Shown here: piece by piece, positions 24,885 through 37,059 of the stretch
Layout of the letters: each line of letters begins with the position of its first letter
How positions within the stretch are numbered: position 1 is the first letter of the stretch
From: Scenedesmus sp. PABB004
Taxonomy: Eukaryota
DNA: 64,000 nt
Assembly: GCA_014905635.1 (NCBI GenBank)
Contig: JABVCE010000002.1
Coordinates: forward strand, 1,302,001-1,366,000
Direction of reading: 5' to 3'
Program-made: the position numbers and the translations under genes
Notes under the pieces: generated by a model
Database searches by the model: none
What the model saw: only the letters and a program-made list of their open reading frames with translations
Told to the model about the DNA's origin: nothing

Positions 24885-25088
24885 GCTGGCCAAGTGACTC
24901 CGTCGGAGCTCCCCGGGCCGCTGTGGACAGCGCCTGCGCAACACAGCGCACCGGCAGACGAAGCGGGTTCTGACAACCCATGATCAGCTGCGGTCCCTCG
25001 CCCCGCGGTCATGCGCTGAGTGGATCGCTCGTCGCAGCGGCTGCCTGGCGGGCGGGCGTGCGCGATGCCGGCCTGAGATCAAGACTGC

Positions 25089-27012
25089 ATGGCGCAGGCG
25101 CTGCGCCTCGGCCTCCCGGGGCCTCCGCGCGCCCCCAGCGCGTCCGCTCCCGGCGCAATGCGCCGCCCGGGCGCCGCTGCGTCGCAGCTCAGGTGGGGTG
25201 ATGGCGCGCCTGCTGCGCGGCCCGTCGCGCCCGCACGCGCCCGCTCGGTGCCGGAGCGCCCGGTCAGCGCCCAGCGCGCGCCGGCGCCACGCCGTGCGCG
25301 GCCGCGGGGGGCCTGCCGTGCGACCGCTCACGCCGCGCCCCGCCGCGCCGCTGCTGCTGCCGCCGCCGCCGCGCCGCGCAGGCCCGCGCCGTGCGCGCCG
25401 GGGCTCGTGTGCCGCGCGCAGGCGCGCGCGGGCGCCAGCACGTCGGTGCGCGCCGCGGTCGCGGCGCCCAACGTCGAGCAGCTGACGTGCGCGGCGGACG
25501 CGGACGCTGCCGCGGCGAGCATGCAGGACCTGCTGGTGCTCGTGCGGACGACCGCGCGGCGCGCGGCGCGCCAGCAGCAGCGGCAGGCGGCGCAGCAGCG
25601 GCAGGCGGCGCAGCAAGCGGCGCAGCAGGCGGACGCGGAGCAGCGGGCGCTGGAGCACCACTCGGTGCTGCTCCTGCGCGGAACGCTCACCGACGACCGC
25701 CAGCGGCAGCAGGCCGTGCAGCGGCAGCTGCAGGAGAGCTACCGCCAGGCGGCGCCGACGGACCACCAGCAACCCCAGCCGCAGCAGCTGCTGGCACTGG
25801 AGCCGCCCGCGCTCGACGGCGGCGACGCGGTGGTGCAGTCCCAGCGGGCGCGCCCGCGGGCGGGCGCGCGGGACCCGGCCGCGGCGCTGCTGGCGGAGGC
25901 CGACGCGCTGCTGGGCGCCACGGCCAGCGCCGCGGCGCGCCACGACGCGACGTGAGTGGCCCCTGCGCGTGCACGCAGCCGCGCCGCGCCGCGCCGCGCA
26001 AGACGCCGGCGGCCGACTGCCCCCCCCCCCCCCCCGCTGGCGCCGCCGTCCGCGCAGGCGCGGCTGGAGCAGGCGCGAGGTGCTGCAGGGCTTCCGGCAC
26101 CGCCCGACGGACGGCGTCGCACGCACGCCGGACGGGCTCGCGAGCGTGCGGCTGAGCGCGCGCTGCACGCCGCGCTGTGCGGCGGGCGCGCTGCGCGCGT
26201 GCCTCGCGCGCGAGCGGCGCGCGGTGCTGTCGGCGGCGGGCGGGCGGCTGGCGCTGGCAGCGCTGCAGGGCCTGGCGGAGCTGCAGGAGCAGCTGGAGCA
26301 GCAGCAGCCCGGCGCGCAGCTGCTCGCGAGCGTGGGCGCCAGGAGCAGCAAGCGGCCGGGCGGCGCCGGGCGCTGCCGCGTGTACGCCCTGGCCTGCTCG
26401 CTCGGCGCCGACGGCGAGGCCGCCGGCGACGCCGCCGGCGGCTTGCAGCGGCAGGCGCCGCGGCGCCAGCACGCGGCGGGGCAGCGAGCGCGCGGCGCGG
26501 CGCTGGAGCAGCAGCCCGCGGCGCCGCCGCCGTGCGGGCACGGCGCGGCAGCAGCGGCAGGCCACGCCCTCGGCAGCGGGCGGCACGCCGCGGCGCTGGG
26601 CCTGGGCGCCTGCTGCTGCGCCCACCAGCACCAGCAGCACGCGCCGGCGCCGGTGCAGGAGCAGCGCCTGCAGCCGCCGGCGCCCGCGCAGCAGCAGCCG
26701 GCGGCGGCGGCGGCAGCGGCAGCCGGCTGCGTGCGCCAGCTGGAGGTGCGCGGCAGCAGCTGGGCGCTCGCAGACGCGCTGGAGGCCGCCCTGGCGGAGG
26801 CGCCGGTCGTGTGCCTGCCAGTGGCGCACGCGAAGCAGGCCGCCAAGCTGCTGGAGGCGGCGGCCGCGCTCGGCGGCCGCTGGCAGCTCGCTGCGGCGGC
26901 GCCGGGCGCCGCGCGCGCGCCGGCGCGGCTCGCGCTGCAGCCGCACGCGGCCGCCGGGGCAGGGCGGCGCCGGGGCGCGCTGCATGTGTACGTGTTTGCG
27001 ACTGTACAATAG
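25089..27012 (+). CDS. Uncharacterised probable plastid protein with two SpoVS-like (Alba-fold) modules
   Basis: Transit-like MAQALRLGLPGPPRAPS; last exon has VRLSARCTPRCAAGALRACLARERRAVLSAAGGRLALAALQGLA, resembling SpoVS as I recall it (LKVSAKSSPNSVAGALAGVLRERGAAEIQAIGAGALNQAVKAVA), then a weaker second copy. Confidence 0.6.
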
Positions 27013-27904
27013 CCGTGGCAGTGGTCGTGGTGGACGTTTGGCGGGGAGGGAGGGAGGGCTAGGGGGAGCGTCGAGGGAGAGCAGCGCTCAAACGAGAGGG
27101 AGCAGCGCGAGTAACCGTGTTACCTGCTGCTGCTGGCTCATGAAATCTCGGCCGAGTCACGCGCGCCGACAAGTGCTGGGTTAGGGGCGCGGCAGCGTCG
27201 CCGCCGGCGCGGGTGCGTAGGTGGTGTTGTTTATTCGCGGCGCACAACTGTGCACGACTGTGCACGCGCCCCGCCGCGGCCGCTGCGCCGCCCTCCAGCG
27301 CCGCTGCTGCCCGCGGGGGCTCTGCGAGCGGCGCGCAGTCAGCGGGCCGGCCCGCGCCGCTGCACAACTGCACGCCTGCACAAGCGGCGCCAAGCCGCGC
27401 CGCCAGGCGGGCCCTGCCCGCCCGCCCGCAGTTGCGCGGCCGGGCGTGCGGCCCGCCCGTCCGTCCGTCCTCTCAAAGGCTGCATCGCAGCAGCTAGGTG
27501 CCTCGCAATGCAGCGGCGCGCAATGCAGCGGCGCGCACCATGGGGTACACCCTCGCGCAAACCGCCGAGCGCGGCGCCGCCCGCGCTGGGCGCGTCGCCG
27601 GCGCGCGGCGCCCCGCGCCTGCAGTGAATGGGTAAAGGAACCAATCCGCCGGGCGGCGCGCCCCCGCCCCGGGCGCCCCGTGCAGGCGGGCGCGCGCCCC
27701 CGCCCCGGTCAACCCGGCCGCCCGCCGGGGGCCGCCGGCGTGCAAGCGGCGCCCGCGGGGGTGCGGGCGCTCGTTGCGACGCCGCGCCGCCCCCGCCCGC
27801 CCCGCGGCCTCGGCCGCCGTCCAAAGTGCCCAGCTGCTGCGCCCGCGCCCGCCCCGAGCTGCCCCACCGCCCCGCCGCCCGCCGCGTGGCGCCGCGCGCC
27901 GCGC

Positions 27905-30432
27905 TCACGCGTCGGCGCGCAGGCGCTCGCTGCGCGGGTGGAGGTGGCAGCGGATGCCCTTGGTGCCCGCGGTCTGCAGCGTGAGGTGCGTGGACTCGCG
28001 GCTGATCACGCCCGCGCGGCCGCCCATCTCTGGCGCGAGCTCGATGTTGAAGTTGGCGCAGAGCTTGGCGAGCAGCGTGAGCACCTCCATCTTGGCGAGG
28101 CTCTGGCCCACGCAGTTGCGGGGGCCCTCGCTGAAGGGCATGAACGTGATGCCCCGCTTGCCCCCGCCCGCGCCGCTGGTGCTGTCATACACGTACGTCT
28201 CCACCGGCACGTCGAGCCAGCGCTCGGGCATGAACTCGGACGGGCGGTCCCAGTTGTGGTCGCTGTTCTGGATGGCAAAGAGCGGCGTGCCGACGACGGT
28301 GCCGGCGGGGACCTTGTACGGCCCGACCGCCATGTCGCGCCCCGCGACGCGGCCCATCACGCTCACGACGGGCAGCATGCGCATCGCCTCCTTGGTCGCG
28401 GCGATGAGGTAGGGCACGCGCTTGAGGTCGTCCCACTCGAGCTCGCGCGGCGGCGGGCAGCCGGGCTTGGCGAGCAGGCCGAGGCCGTCGAGCTCCTCCG
28501 CGATGCGCTCCTGCACGCCCGGGACGCTCGCGATGTTGAAGAGCGTCCACGAGGTCGTGTGCCCCGTCGTCTCAAAGCCCTCGACAAAGAGGATCCCGAT
28601 CTCGCTCAGCACGCGCGCCTCGGGGATCTCCGGGTGCTCAGCGAGCACGCGGTAGAGCTGCGTCGCGATGTCCTGGTCGTCCGCGTCGGGCGCGCCGCGG
28701 CGCTTGAGCTCCGACAGCAGCACGCCCATCTCGGCCTGGAACATCTTGTACGCCGCGCTGCCTGCGGCGCCGCGCGCGGGCGCGGGGCCGGGGCTCTCAG
28801 CGCGGCGGCGCGCCGGCGCCGGCGGCGCGCGGCCGGCAGCCTCGGACGCCCCCGCCGCCCCGCCGCCGCGCGCCTCGGTCCCCCGCGCGCGCCGCCGCCG
28901 CAGCCCCAGGCGCCCCGCGCAGCCTTGGGCGCGGCGCGGCGCACCCTTGGGCCCGTTCTTGTAGAGCCCCGGGAGCAGCTCGCGCAGCGGGTTGGCGATG
29001 CGCAGCATGACCTCTGTGAAGCAGCGGGGCAGCACGCGGATGAGGTGCTCGTACTCGGGCACGTCCTTGTGCACGCAGCCGTAGTCGTGGTTGAACCCCG
29101 CCTGCGCGCGTGTGTGAGAGAGACGGGAGAGAGGGTGTGCGTGACCGTGTGCGTGTGTGTGTGAGTGAGAGAGAAGGGGGGGGGCAGCGTCGGCCGCGGG
29201 GGGCGCGGCGCGGGCCGCTGTGCTGTGCGTGCTGTGCGTGCTGTGCGTGCTGCGCTGTGCGTGCTGCGCGCGGTGGGCGGCGCGGCGTCGCACCAGGCCG
29301 ATGACGTCGAGCGTCACGCGCAGCGCCGCCTGGTCGACGTCGATCGACGCGGCCGGGCCGAGCGCCTCGAGGCGCGCCACGAGCTGGTTGATGCGCCCCA
29401 GCACGAGGGGGAACTTCTTCTTGATGTTCTGCAGCACCGCGACACACAAGGGCGGCGGCGAGCAGGCAGCAGCGGCGAGCAGCAGGCAGCAGCAGCAGCG
29501 GCGTGTCAGGGGCGCGGCGCGGCGCGGCGCGCTGCTGCTGCTGTGGGGCTGCAAGCCCGCGTGCCAGCGCCGCCGCCGCCGCGGCGCGCGGCGCGCCTGC
29601 ATGCTGAACGACACCGCGACCGCCTTGCGAATCGCCTTCCACGTCTCGTCCGCGGGCGAGGTCAGCAGGTTGGCCGAGGCGTGGGGGTCGCACATCTTGT
29701 TGATGGGCGCGTACACGAGCGCGGCCTTGTCCATCGCGCCGTCGCCGCGGCCCATGATGGCCGCCAGCGCGGCGGGGTCGGTCACCACCAGCGCGTCCTG
29801 CCAGAGGAACTTGAGGCGGTAGATGCCGCCATACTGGTTGGACCACTGCGCGGGGGGCGCGGCGGGAGGGTGAGCGATGGCGGGCGTGATGGCGGCGGCG
29901 ACGGCGGCGGCGACGGCGCGGGGCGGGAGGGCAGGGGGCAGGGGCGCGGCCAGCCGGCGGCGGCGCGCAACGCGCTGTGCAGGGGGCCGGCAGCGCGGGC
30001 GCGCGGGCGCGCGGGCGGCGCGGGCGGCGCGGCGGGCGCGCGCCTCGAGCAGCTTGCGGTGGAAGTCGGGGCGCAGGCACTCCAGGATGTTGCCCACGAT
30101 GGGCTTGGCGTTGGTCCAGGGGCCGGGGATCTTGTCGAGGTCAAAGCTCGGGCGCCTGGCGGCGCGGCGGCGGCCGCGGGCGCGGGCACGGGCGCACGGG
30201 GCGTGGGCGCGCCGCGCCTGCAAACGCGCCAACGCCGCGCCCGCCGCCGCCGCCGTCGCGCGCCGCGGCCGCCCGCGCTCCTCTGCGCCCCCTGCGCTCA
30301 CCGCGTCATGTAGACGTACACCGCCAGCAGCAGCCCCGCGAGCAGCGCGACGGCGGCCGCCTCCGAGTTGCTGGTCGCGAGCAGCTGCCCGACCGTCGTG
30401 CCGCCCAGCACGCCCTGCACCGCGGACGCCAT
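27905..30432 (-). CDS. Cytochrome P450 (ER-type, 6 exons)
   Basis: N-terminal TM, IPGP hinge, I-helix EGFETT, K-helix EAMR, PERW, heme motif FSEGPRNCVG. Confidence 0.96.
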
Positions 30433-31430
30433 GGCTGCCCGCCTGAGCAGCCGCGCCGCGCGAGAGCCTGCGGCGCCGGGCGGCGGCGGGGCGGCGGCGG
30501 CGCTCAGGCGGCGGGCGGCGGGCCGCGGGGCAGCGCCGCGCCCGGCGGCAGCGCCGGCGGCAGCGCCGGGCGGCCGCGCCGGCGGCCGCGCGACCGCCGC
30601 CGCCGCCGCGTGGGCGCGGAGATCGACGGCCGCGCCCGCGCGTCGCAGGGGCCGGCCGCCGTGCGCGCCGCGCGCCCAGGCCGGGCCGCTGAGCAGTCTG
30701 TTGCGCGAGCAGCAGCAACGCCCCCTGCCCGCGCGCGCGCGATGCGCGCGTGCCCGCCTGCCTCCGCGCGGGCCCGCCGGCGCGTCGCGACGTCGCCACG
30801 AGCGCGAACCAGCCCGCGCGCCCCGCCAGCCCGCGCCGCGCCCACCCGCGCGGCCGGCCGGCGGGCGCGGCCGCCGGTACGCCGCGTGGGCGGCGCCATC
30901 AGCGTTGCACCCGCACGCCCGCGCCGATCCGCGCCGCCCGGGCCCGCCAGGGGGCCTGTGCGCGCGGCAGTGCGGCGATGCCGCGGCCCCCACCTGCCGC
31001 GCCGACGCTGCCGGTCGACCTCTCGCGGCGCTATCCGCGGGATGAAGCTTTGCACGCTTCGTCTGGGGCGCGCGACCCAATCTGGACGCGCTGCGCTGTG
31101 CCGGCGCCGAGCGGGTGGGCGCGCGAGCCGCCTGTCGCTGCGTGCGCCAGGACGCGGTCCTGGGTGTGGCAGGAGTGCCCGGCCGTGATCGGCGGGCGGG
31201 CGGGGCGCGACGTGCCCGGGGCTGCAGCGCGGCTGCGACGGTTGCCGCACCGCAGGCCGAGTGTTTGGGCTCTTGCCGGCACCTCGCGCGGCCGCCGCGA
31301 TCGCGACGCGATCACCCGAGCTCGCTGGACCAGCGCCCGCGGGCGTCGCGCTCGCACGCGGGCCGCGTCACACTGCGCGGTCAACGTGGGCCCGCCGCCA
31401 GCCGCCGCCGCCGCCGGCCCTCCCCTCGGC

Positions 31431-32639
31431 TCAGCTGTAAAGCCGCCCCACCACGCGCCCGGTGACGCTGTAGGCCAGCAGCGTGGGCGTGGCGGCGTCC
31501 ATGAGGTTGACGCCGGGGTCGAGCGCCTTTGCAAAGCCGACGAGCACGCACACGCTCACGACGAGGCTCGCGTAGCAGGAGTCGATGCTCACGCCGTGCC
31601 GGCGCGCGAGGCCCAGCACCGCCTTCATCACGGCGTCGAGGTCGATGCCGGCGGGGCTGGTGATGTCGGCGGCGCGCGCAAAGAGGTCGACCATGTCCGC
31701 CGCAAACGCGCCGCGGTCGGGGCACGCCTGCGCGCCGCTCCAGCGCAGCAGGTGCCGCGACGCGGCCAGGCCGTCGCCCGCGGCGATGGCGTTGAGGAAA
31801 GAGATGAAGTGCCGCCGCACCGCCGGCGTGAGCTGCTCGGCGAGGCCAAAGTCGAGCAGCACCAGCTGCGCCGCCAGCCCCAGGCCCGCGCCGGCGCCGG
31901 CGCCGGCGCCGGCGCCGGCGCCGCCCGCGCCCGCCTCCGCCAGCAGCGCCTCGTCCAGCGCGGCCTGGCTGCTCGCGGCGGCCGCGTCGGCGGCGGCCGC
32001 CGCCGCGGCCGCGGCGCTCGCGCCCGGGTGCTTGCGCGCCCAGCGCCGCTGCTGGCCGTCGATCATCTGCTGCAGCTCCAGCTCCCACTGCTCCGGCGCC
32101 GGCGCCGCGGCGCCGCCGGCGCCTGCCACTGCTCCGGCGCCGGCGCCGCGCCGCGCCCACGGCCGCCACGCGCGCGCGCCGACCGCCCCGGCGCCGCGCG
32201 CCGCGCCGCACCGCGCGCGCCGTGCGGCGCGCGCGTGGCGACCGCGCGAAAGAGGATGTTGCCGGGGTGCAGATCCTGCGCCGGCGCGGCCGCGCCGCGC
32301 GCGTGAGCGGCCGCGCCGCGGCGCCCCGCCGCCCGCCCGCCGCCCGCCGCCCGCCGCCCGCCGCCCGCCGCTGCGTCCAGCCGCGCCGCGCCGCGCCGCG
32401 CCGCGAGGCGCAAGGCGGGGCCCCCTCCCTCACTGTGTGCACGAAGTTGTCAACCAGCAGCATCTTGAGGAACGCGTCGACGCCGAGGGCCACGATCTGG
32501 GTGTTGATCGGGCTGGGCACGCGCATGAACGCGGCCACGCTGCGCCCCGGCTCGTAGCTCTCCACCAGCACCGCCTCCGACACCAGCCCCGGCACGGGCC
32601 GCGGGATGCGCACCGCGGAGCGCACGCCCTGCGCGCGGC

Positions 32640-32671
<32 letters not shown>

Positions 32672-35600
32672 ACGGCGCGCGGCAGAGTGCGCGCGGCCGG
32701 CAGCGCGCGCCCGGGCAGCCTGCGTCGCGCCGCACGTCAAAGTTGTTGGCGAAGCGCAGCGCGTGCGTCGCCTCGACGCGGAGGTCGGTCTGCGCGGTCA
32801 TGGTGTGGCTGAACTGCGACACGCTCTGCCGCAGGCTCAGCCCGCGCAGCGCGGGCAGGCGGCTCGCGGCGGCCGAGAGCGCGGTGAGGATGCGGAAGTC
32901 GAGCCGGATGTGGGCCGCGACGTTGGGGTGGCACACCTTGACCACGACCTGCGCCAACGCGCCGCCGCGGCGCAGCGTGGCGCGGTGGACCTGCGCGATG
33001 CTGCCGCTCGCGAGCGGGCGGGCCTCGATCGACTCAAACAGCTCGTCCAGCCGGCAGCCAAACGCCGCCTCGACCTGGCGCCGCGTGTGGCGGAAGCCGT
33101 GCACGGGCGCCCTGCGCGGCGCGCGCGCGCGCGGGGCCGGCCGGCGCCAGTCGGTCGGTCGGCCAGCCGGCGGGCGCGGCGCCCCCGCCGCCCGCGGCCC
33201 CGCGACGCGCCCCGCCGCGCGCGCCGCGCGCGCCTGTCGTGCAGCGCGGCGAGGGTGTCGCAGAAGTCCTCTGGGAAGATGTCCGGCCGCGCGGCGGCCC
33301 ACTGGCCCCACTTGATGAACGCCGCGCCCGCGCGCGAGCAGCTCCACAGCAGCAGCCGCCACGCGCGCACGCGCAGGAACAGGCCCGCCGCCTCCCACGC
33401 GCTCACGCCCGCCGCCCAGTGGCCGCCGAGCAGCAGCACGAGCAGCAGGTCCAGCAGCGTCGCGAGCGTCGCGAGCGCGGACAGCAGCGCGGCGCCGCCG
33501 CGGCGCGACAGCGCGGCCGCCGCGCCGGCCGCGTCGGCCCACGCGCCGCGCAGCCGCCGCGCCAGCGCCGGCGGCGCCGACGCGACCGCACCGCGCCGCG
33601 CGCCCGGGCGCAGCGGCGTCACCACGTGCATTGCGCCGCCGCCGCCGCCAGCACCGCGCGGCTGCTGCGCCGTGCCGCCTCCGCCGCCGGCGGCGCCGTC
33701 GCTGCCGGCGTCGCCCGGCGCGCCGGCGCCGCGCGCGCCGTGCTGCTGCTGCTGCTGCGCCGACGCCGCCGCCGCGGCGGCGCGGGTGATGAGGTACCAT
33801 GAGAGCGCGAGCATGGGCAGGCCGAGCAGCAGGAAGGGCGCAAACACGAGCGCCAGGTACGCGCCGCGCAGCGCCAGCGTCGCCGCGTCGCGCGGCGCGA
33901 GCCGGCGCGCCCCCGCCGCCGCGGCGGCGCCTCCGGCGTGGTCCTGCTGGCCGTACAGGGGCAGGCCGTCCAGGAACGCCAGCGGGTCGCCGCCGGCACC
34001 GCCGTCCGCGCTGCGTCCCCCGCTGCTCCGTCTGCTGCTGGCTACGCTGTTAGCATTGCTGCCCCCCGCTGCCTGCCTGCCGCTGCCGCTGCTTCTGCTG
34101 CCCCCGCTGCCGCTGCTGCTGCTGCTGCTGCTCTGCGCGCCGCCGGCGCTCTGCCCGCTACCGCTACCGTCGCTGCGGGCGCCGCTGGGCAGGCGCGCCA
34201 GGGCGCCCGGCTCGGCCGACTCGGCGACCTCTGCGTCTGCTCTCGGCTGTGCTTCTGCCTCTGCCCCTGCTGCTGCTGGGCTGCCGCCGGGCTCGGCGGG
34301 GCTGCCGGTGAAGAGCTCCAGCAGCTGCTCGCGGCTCAGCCCTGCCGCCGCGTGGGCCTTGTCGCCGCCCTCGGCGCCGGCCGCCGCGTGCACGCTGCCG
34401 CACAGCAGCAGCCGCGCCCCGCCGCCGGGCGGCCCGCCGCCGCGGCCCGCCTCTGCCGGCGCTGCCTGCTGCGGCGGCACGAGGCCCGACAGGCCGACGC
34501 CCTCAAACGCGAGGCCCGCCGCGATGCTGCAGTGCCCCGCGATGCGCAGCAGCGGCTGCAGCGGCGGCGTGGCGGGCAGCTCGCCGCAGTACGCGGCGAG
34601 GCGCTGCGCAGCGGCCTTGTGCTGCCGGTGCCAGGCCACCTCGGTCTCCTTGCCTGCGCGGCGGCGCGCGGCGCCGTGGCGGCGTCGACAGGTGGATGCT
34701 CAGCCCCGCCCGGCGCAGCCCCCGGCGCAGCCCATGTGCGGCGCAGCCGCCGCGCCGCCGACTCGCACCCGGCGCAAGGCGTCCCCGGCTGATGTCCCGC
34801 CCCAGCCGGTTGTAGTCTGCAGACACCGCCAGCAGCGCCGCGAGGCAGCCCGCCAGCGCATTGCTGGAGGGGTGCAGCACGCCCCACAGCCAGCCCGCGG
34901 TCGCCAGCGCCGCAGCGGGGCCTGACAGGCAGCGCAGCACGTGCAGCGAGCCATCCAGCGCGCCCGCCGCGCCGTCCACCCAGCCCAGCTCCCGGTCGCG
35001 CCTGCGGTGGCCCTGCAGGCGGTCGCGCAGGCGGCCCGCGCGCTCCGCCGCCGCGTGGCGCGCGGCGGCAGGCACCGCCGCGCCGACGCCCGCCGCGAGG
35101 TCGGCCAGCGCCACGGGCACCGCCAGCCAGCTCAGCAGGCCGTGCGTGTGGTCGGGGTACAGCGCGTGCGCCAGCACCAGCGCGCCGGAGCGGCAGGCAA
35201 AGCCGGCGGACGGCGAGCGCGCGGGCAGCAGCCGCGGGCGGCGCGGGCCTGCGGGCGGCGCGGGCAGCAGCGCGCCGTCGCGGTGGCAGCGCCGCCGGCG
35301 GTCGGCTGCGGCGATTGCGCGCCCGGCGGCTGCGCCGGCTGCGCACCCGTGTCGGCGGGCCGCTGCGCCACGGGCCAGTCCGCCGCCACGCCGAGCAGCT
35401 GCATGCGCACGTCGAGGCCGCCCGCGTGCGTCGCGCAGAGCTGCAGGCCGGGCGGCAGCTGGAGGGCAACATCTGCGCCGCGCAGCGGCAGCTGCAGCAC
35501 CGCCTGGCCTGCGGCGGGCGGCGGGCGGCGGGCGGCTCGTCCGTCGGCGCCCGCCGCTGCCGCGCAGTGCGCGCGCTCTCCACCAACACCCCGCCCGCAC

Positions 35601-35796
35601 CTGCCCTGCCGCCCGTGAGCTCCGCCGGCCTCCGCTGTCGGTCGCCGCCGAGCCGCGCCGGCTGCAGCGCCCAGCCCGGCGCCGGGCGCTGCTTGGCCGC
35701 GCGCAGCGCGTCACCGGTCCGCCCGCCGCACGCCGGCAGCGACCGGATGGCCGCCGCCGCGCGCCGGGAGGAGCGCCGCTGTTGCGGCGAGGCCAT
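31431..35796 (-). CDS. ABC1/UbiB atypical kinase (ADCK2-like) with long N-terminal extension; start uncertain
   Basis: AFIKWGQW, LASGSIAQVHRA, VVVKVCHP, QTDLRVEA, NFVHT|DLHPGNIL, LLDFGL; upstream exons join in frame to about 35.5-35.8 kb. Confidence 0.85.
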
Positions 35797-36333
35797 GCGG
35801 CCCTGGGCGCTCACGAGCGGCAGGCGCCTCGCGTGCGCTGCTGCCGCCGCTGCATTCGCCGCCGCGCCGCAGCCTCACGACCGCGGCCGAGCCGGGCGCG
35901 TGAAGCCACGGTGACTGCACGCGCCTGCGCTGCGCTCGCCGGGCCGCGCACGCGCACGGCGCCGCGCTGCAATGCCTGGCGCAGAGGCAAGGCAAGGCCT
36001 CGCGGGCGCGCCGCGGCGCCGGGTCGACAGTGCGCGCTGATCGAAGCGCAACGTCGTGCGGGGTGTCGCGGCGTGTCGAGAGGCCGCGCTGGCGCTTGTG
36101 CGGAGCGGGGTGTCGCAGCAGCGCCGGCTCCGAACGCTGACCTCGTGCCTGGGTCTACGCGGTGGCAGCTGGCTCCGGAAACAAGCGGCCGCGCCGGCAG
36201 GGCGGCGGAGCAAGGGCAGTGATGACGGGCGGCGGCGTTCATCGACTGACCGCAGCGCGCGGCGCGCAGCGCGCGGGCGCCCGCCCGCGGCCACGTTACA
36301 CCGCCACGCGCCGCCGTCCCCGCGCGCCGCGGC

Positions 36334-37011
36334 TCAGACCTCCTGCACGTAGTCCTTGGCTTCCGAGTAGTACGCGGCCTCGCTGGCAACCTTCTTGGCG
36401 TTGCGCGCCTCGAACGCGGCCCGGTTGTCGACGATGCGCTGGATGATGGACCGCGTGGTCACGTTGCTCGGCGACGGCAGCAGGCGGAACATGCCGCGCG
36501 CGCGAGGCAGCGCGTACCTGGCCCGCGGCCGCGGCCGCGGCGGCGCGCGGGCGGCGGTCGGCAGGGCGCGCGCGCGCGGCCGCTCGCCCGCCGGCGCGCT
36601 TGCGCCGCACGCGCACCTGACGTCGTCGCCGCTGTCGCGGCCGGCCGTCTCGGTGAGGCTGCCGCGCACGACGCGCTGGATGTTGAACGTGCGCAGCAGG
36701 TCCTCCCCGACCACGACGGGCGCACCGATGATGACCTGCCGGCCGGCCCCAGGGGCGTGGCGGGGCGGGGCGGGGCGGGGCGGGGCGAGGCGGTCAGCGC
36801 GCGCTGCCTCTGCCCCGCGCGCCCCACCGCGCCCCGCGCCCGCGCGCCGGGGCTCTCACCTCGTCGACGTACTTGCAGGCCAGCACGCTCAGCGCGCGCT
36901 CGTGCACGTTCATGATCGGCGTGTGCGGCCCGCGCCGCGCCTCGACGTCCTCGTCGGCGTGCAGCCCCACCATCAGGAAGTCGCCCGCCGCCTTGGCCAG
37001 CTGCGGCAGAA

Positions 37012-37059
<48 letters not shown>

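Noticed and set aside
27013..27904. Possible small gene or ncRNA in the 900-nt gap
   Set aside because: No coding-like exons or recognisable RNA motif; more simply explained as 3' UTRs.
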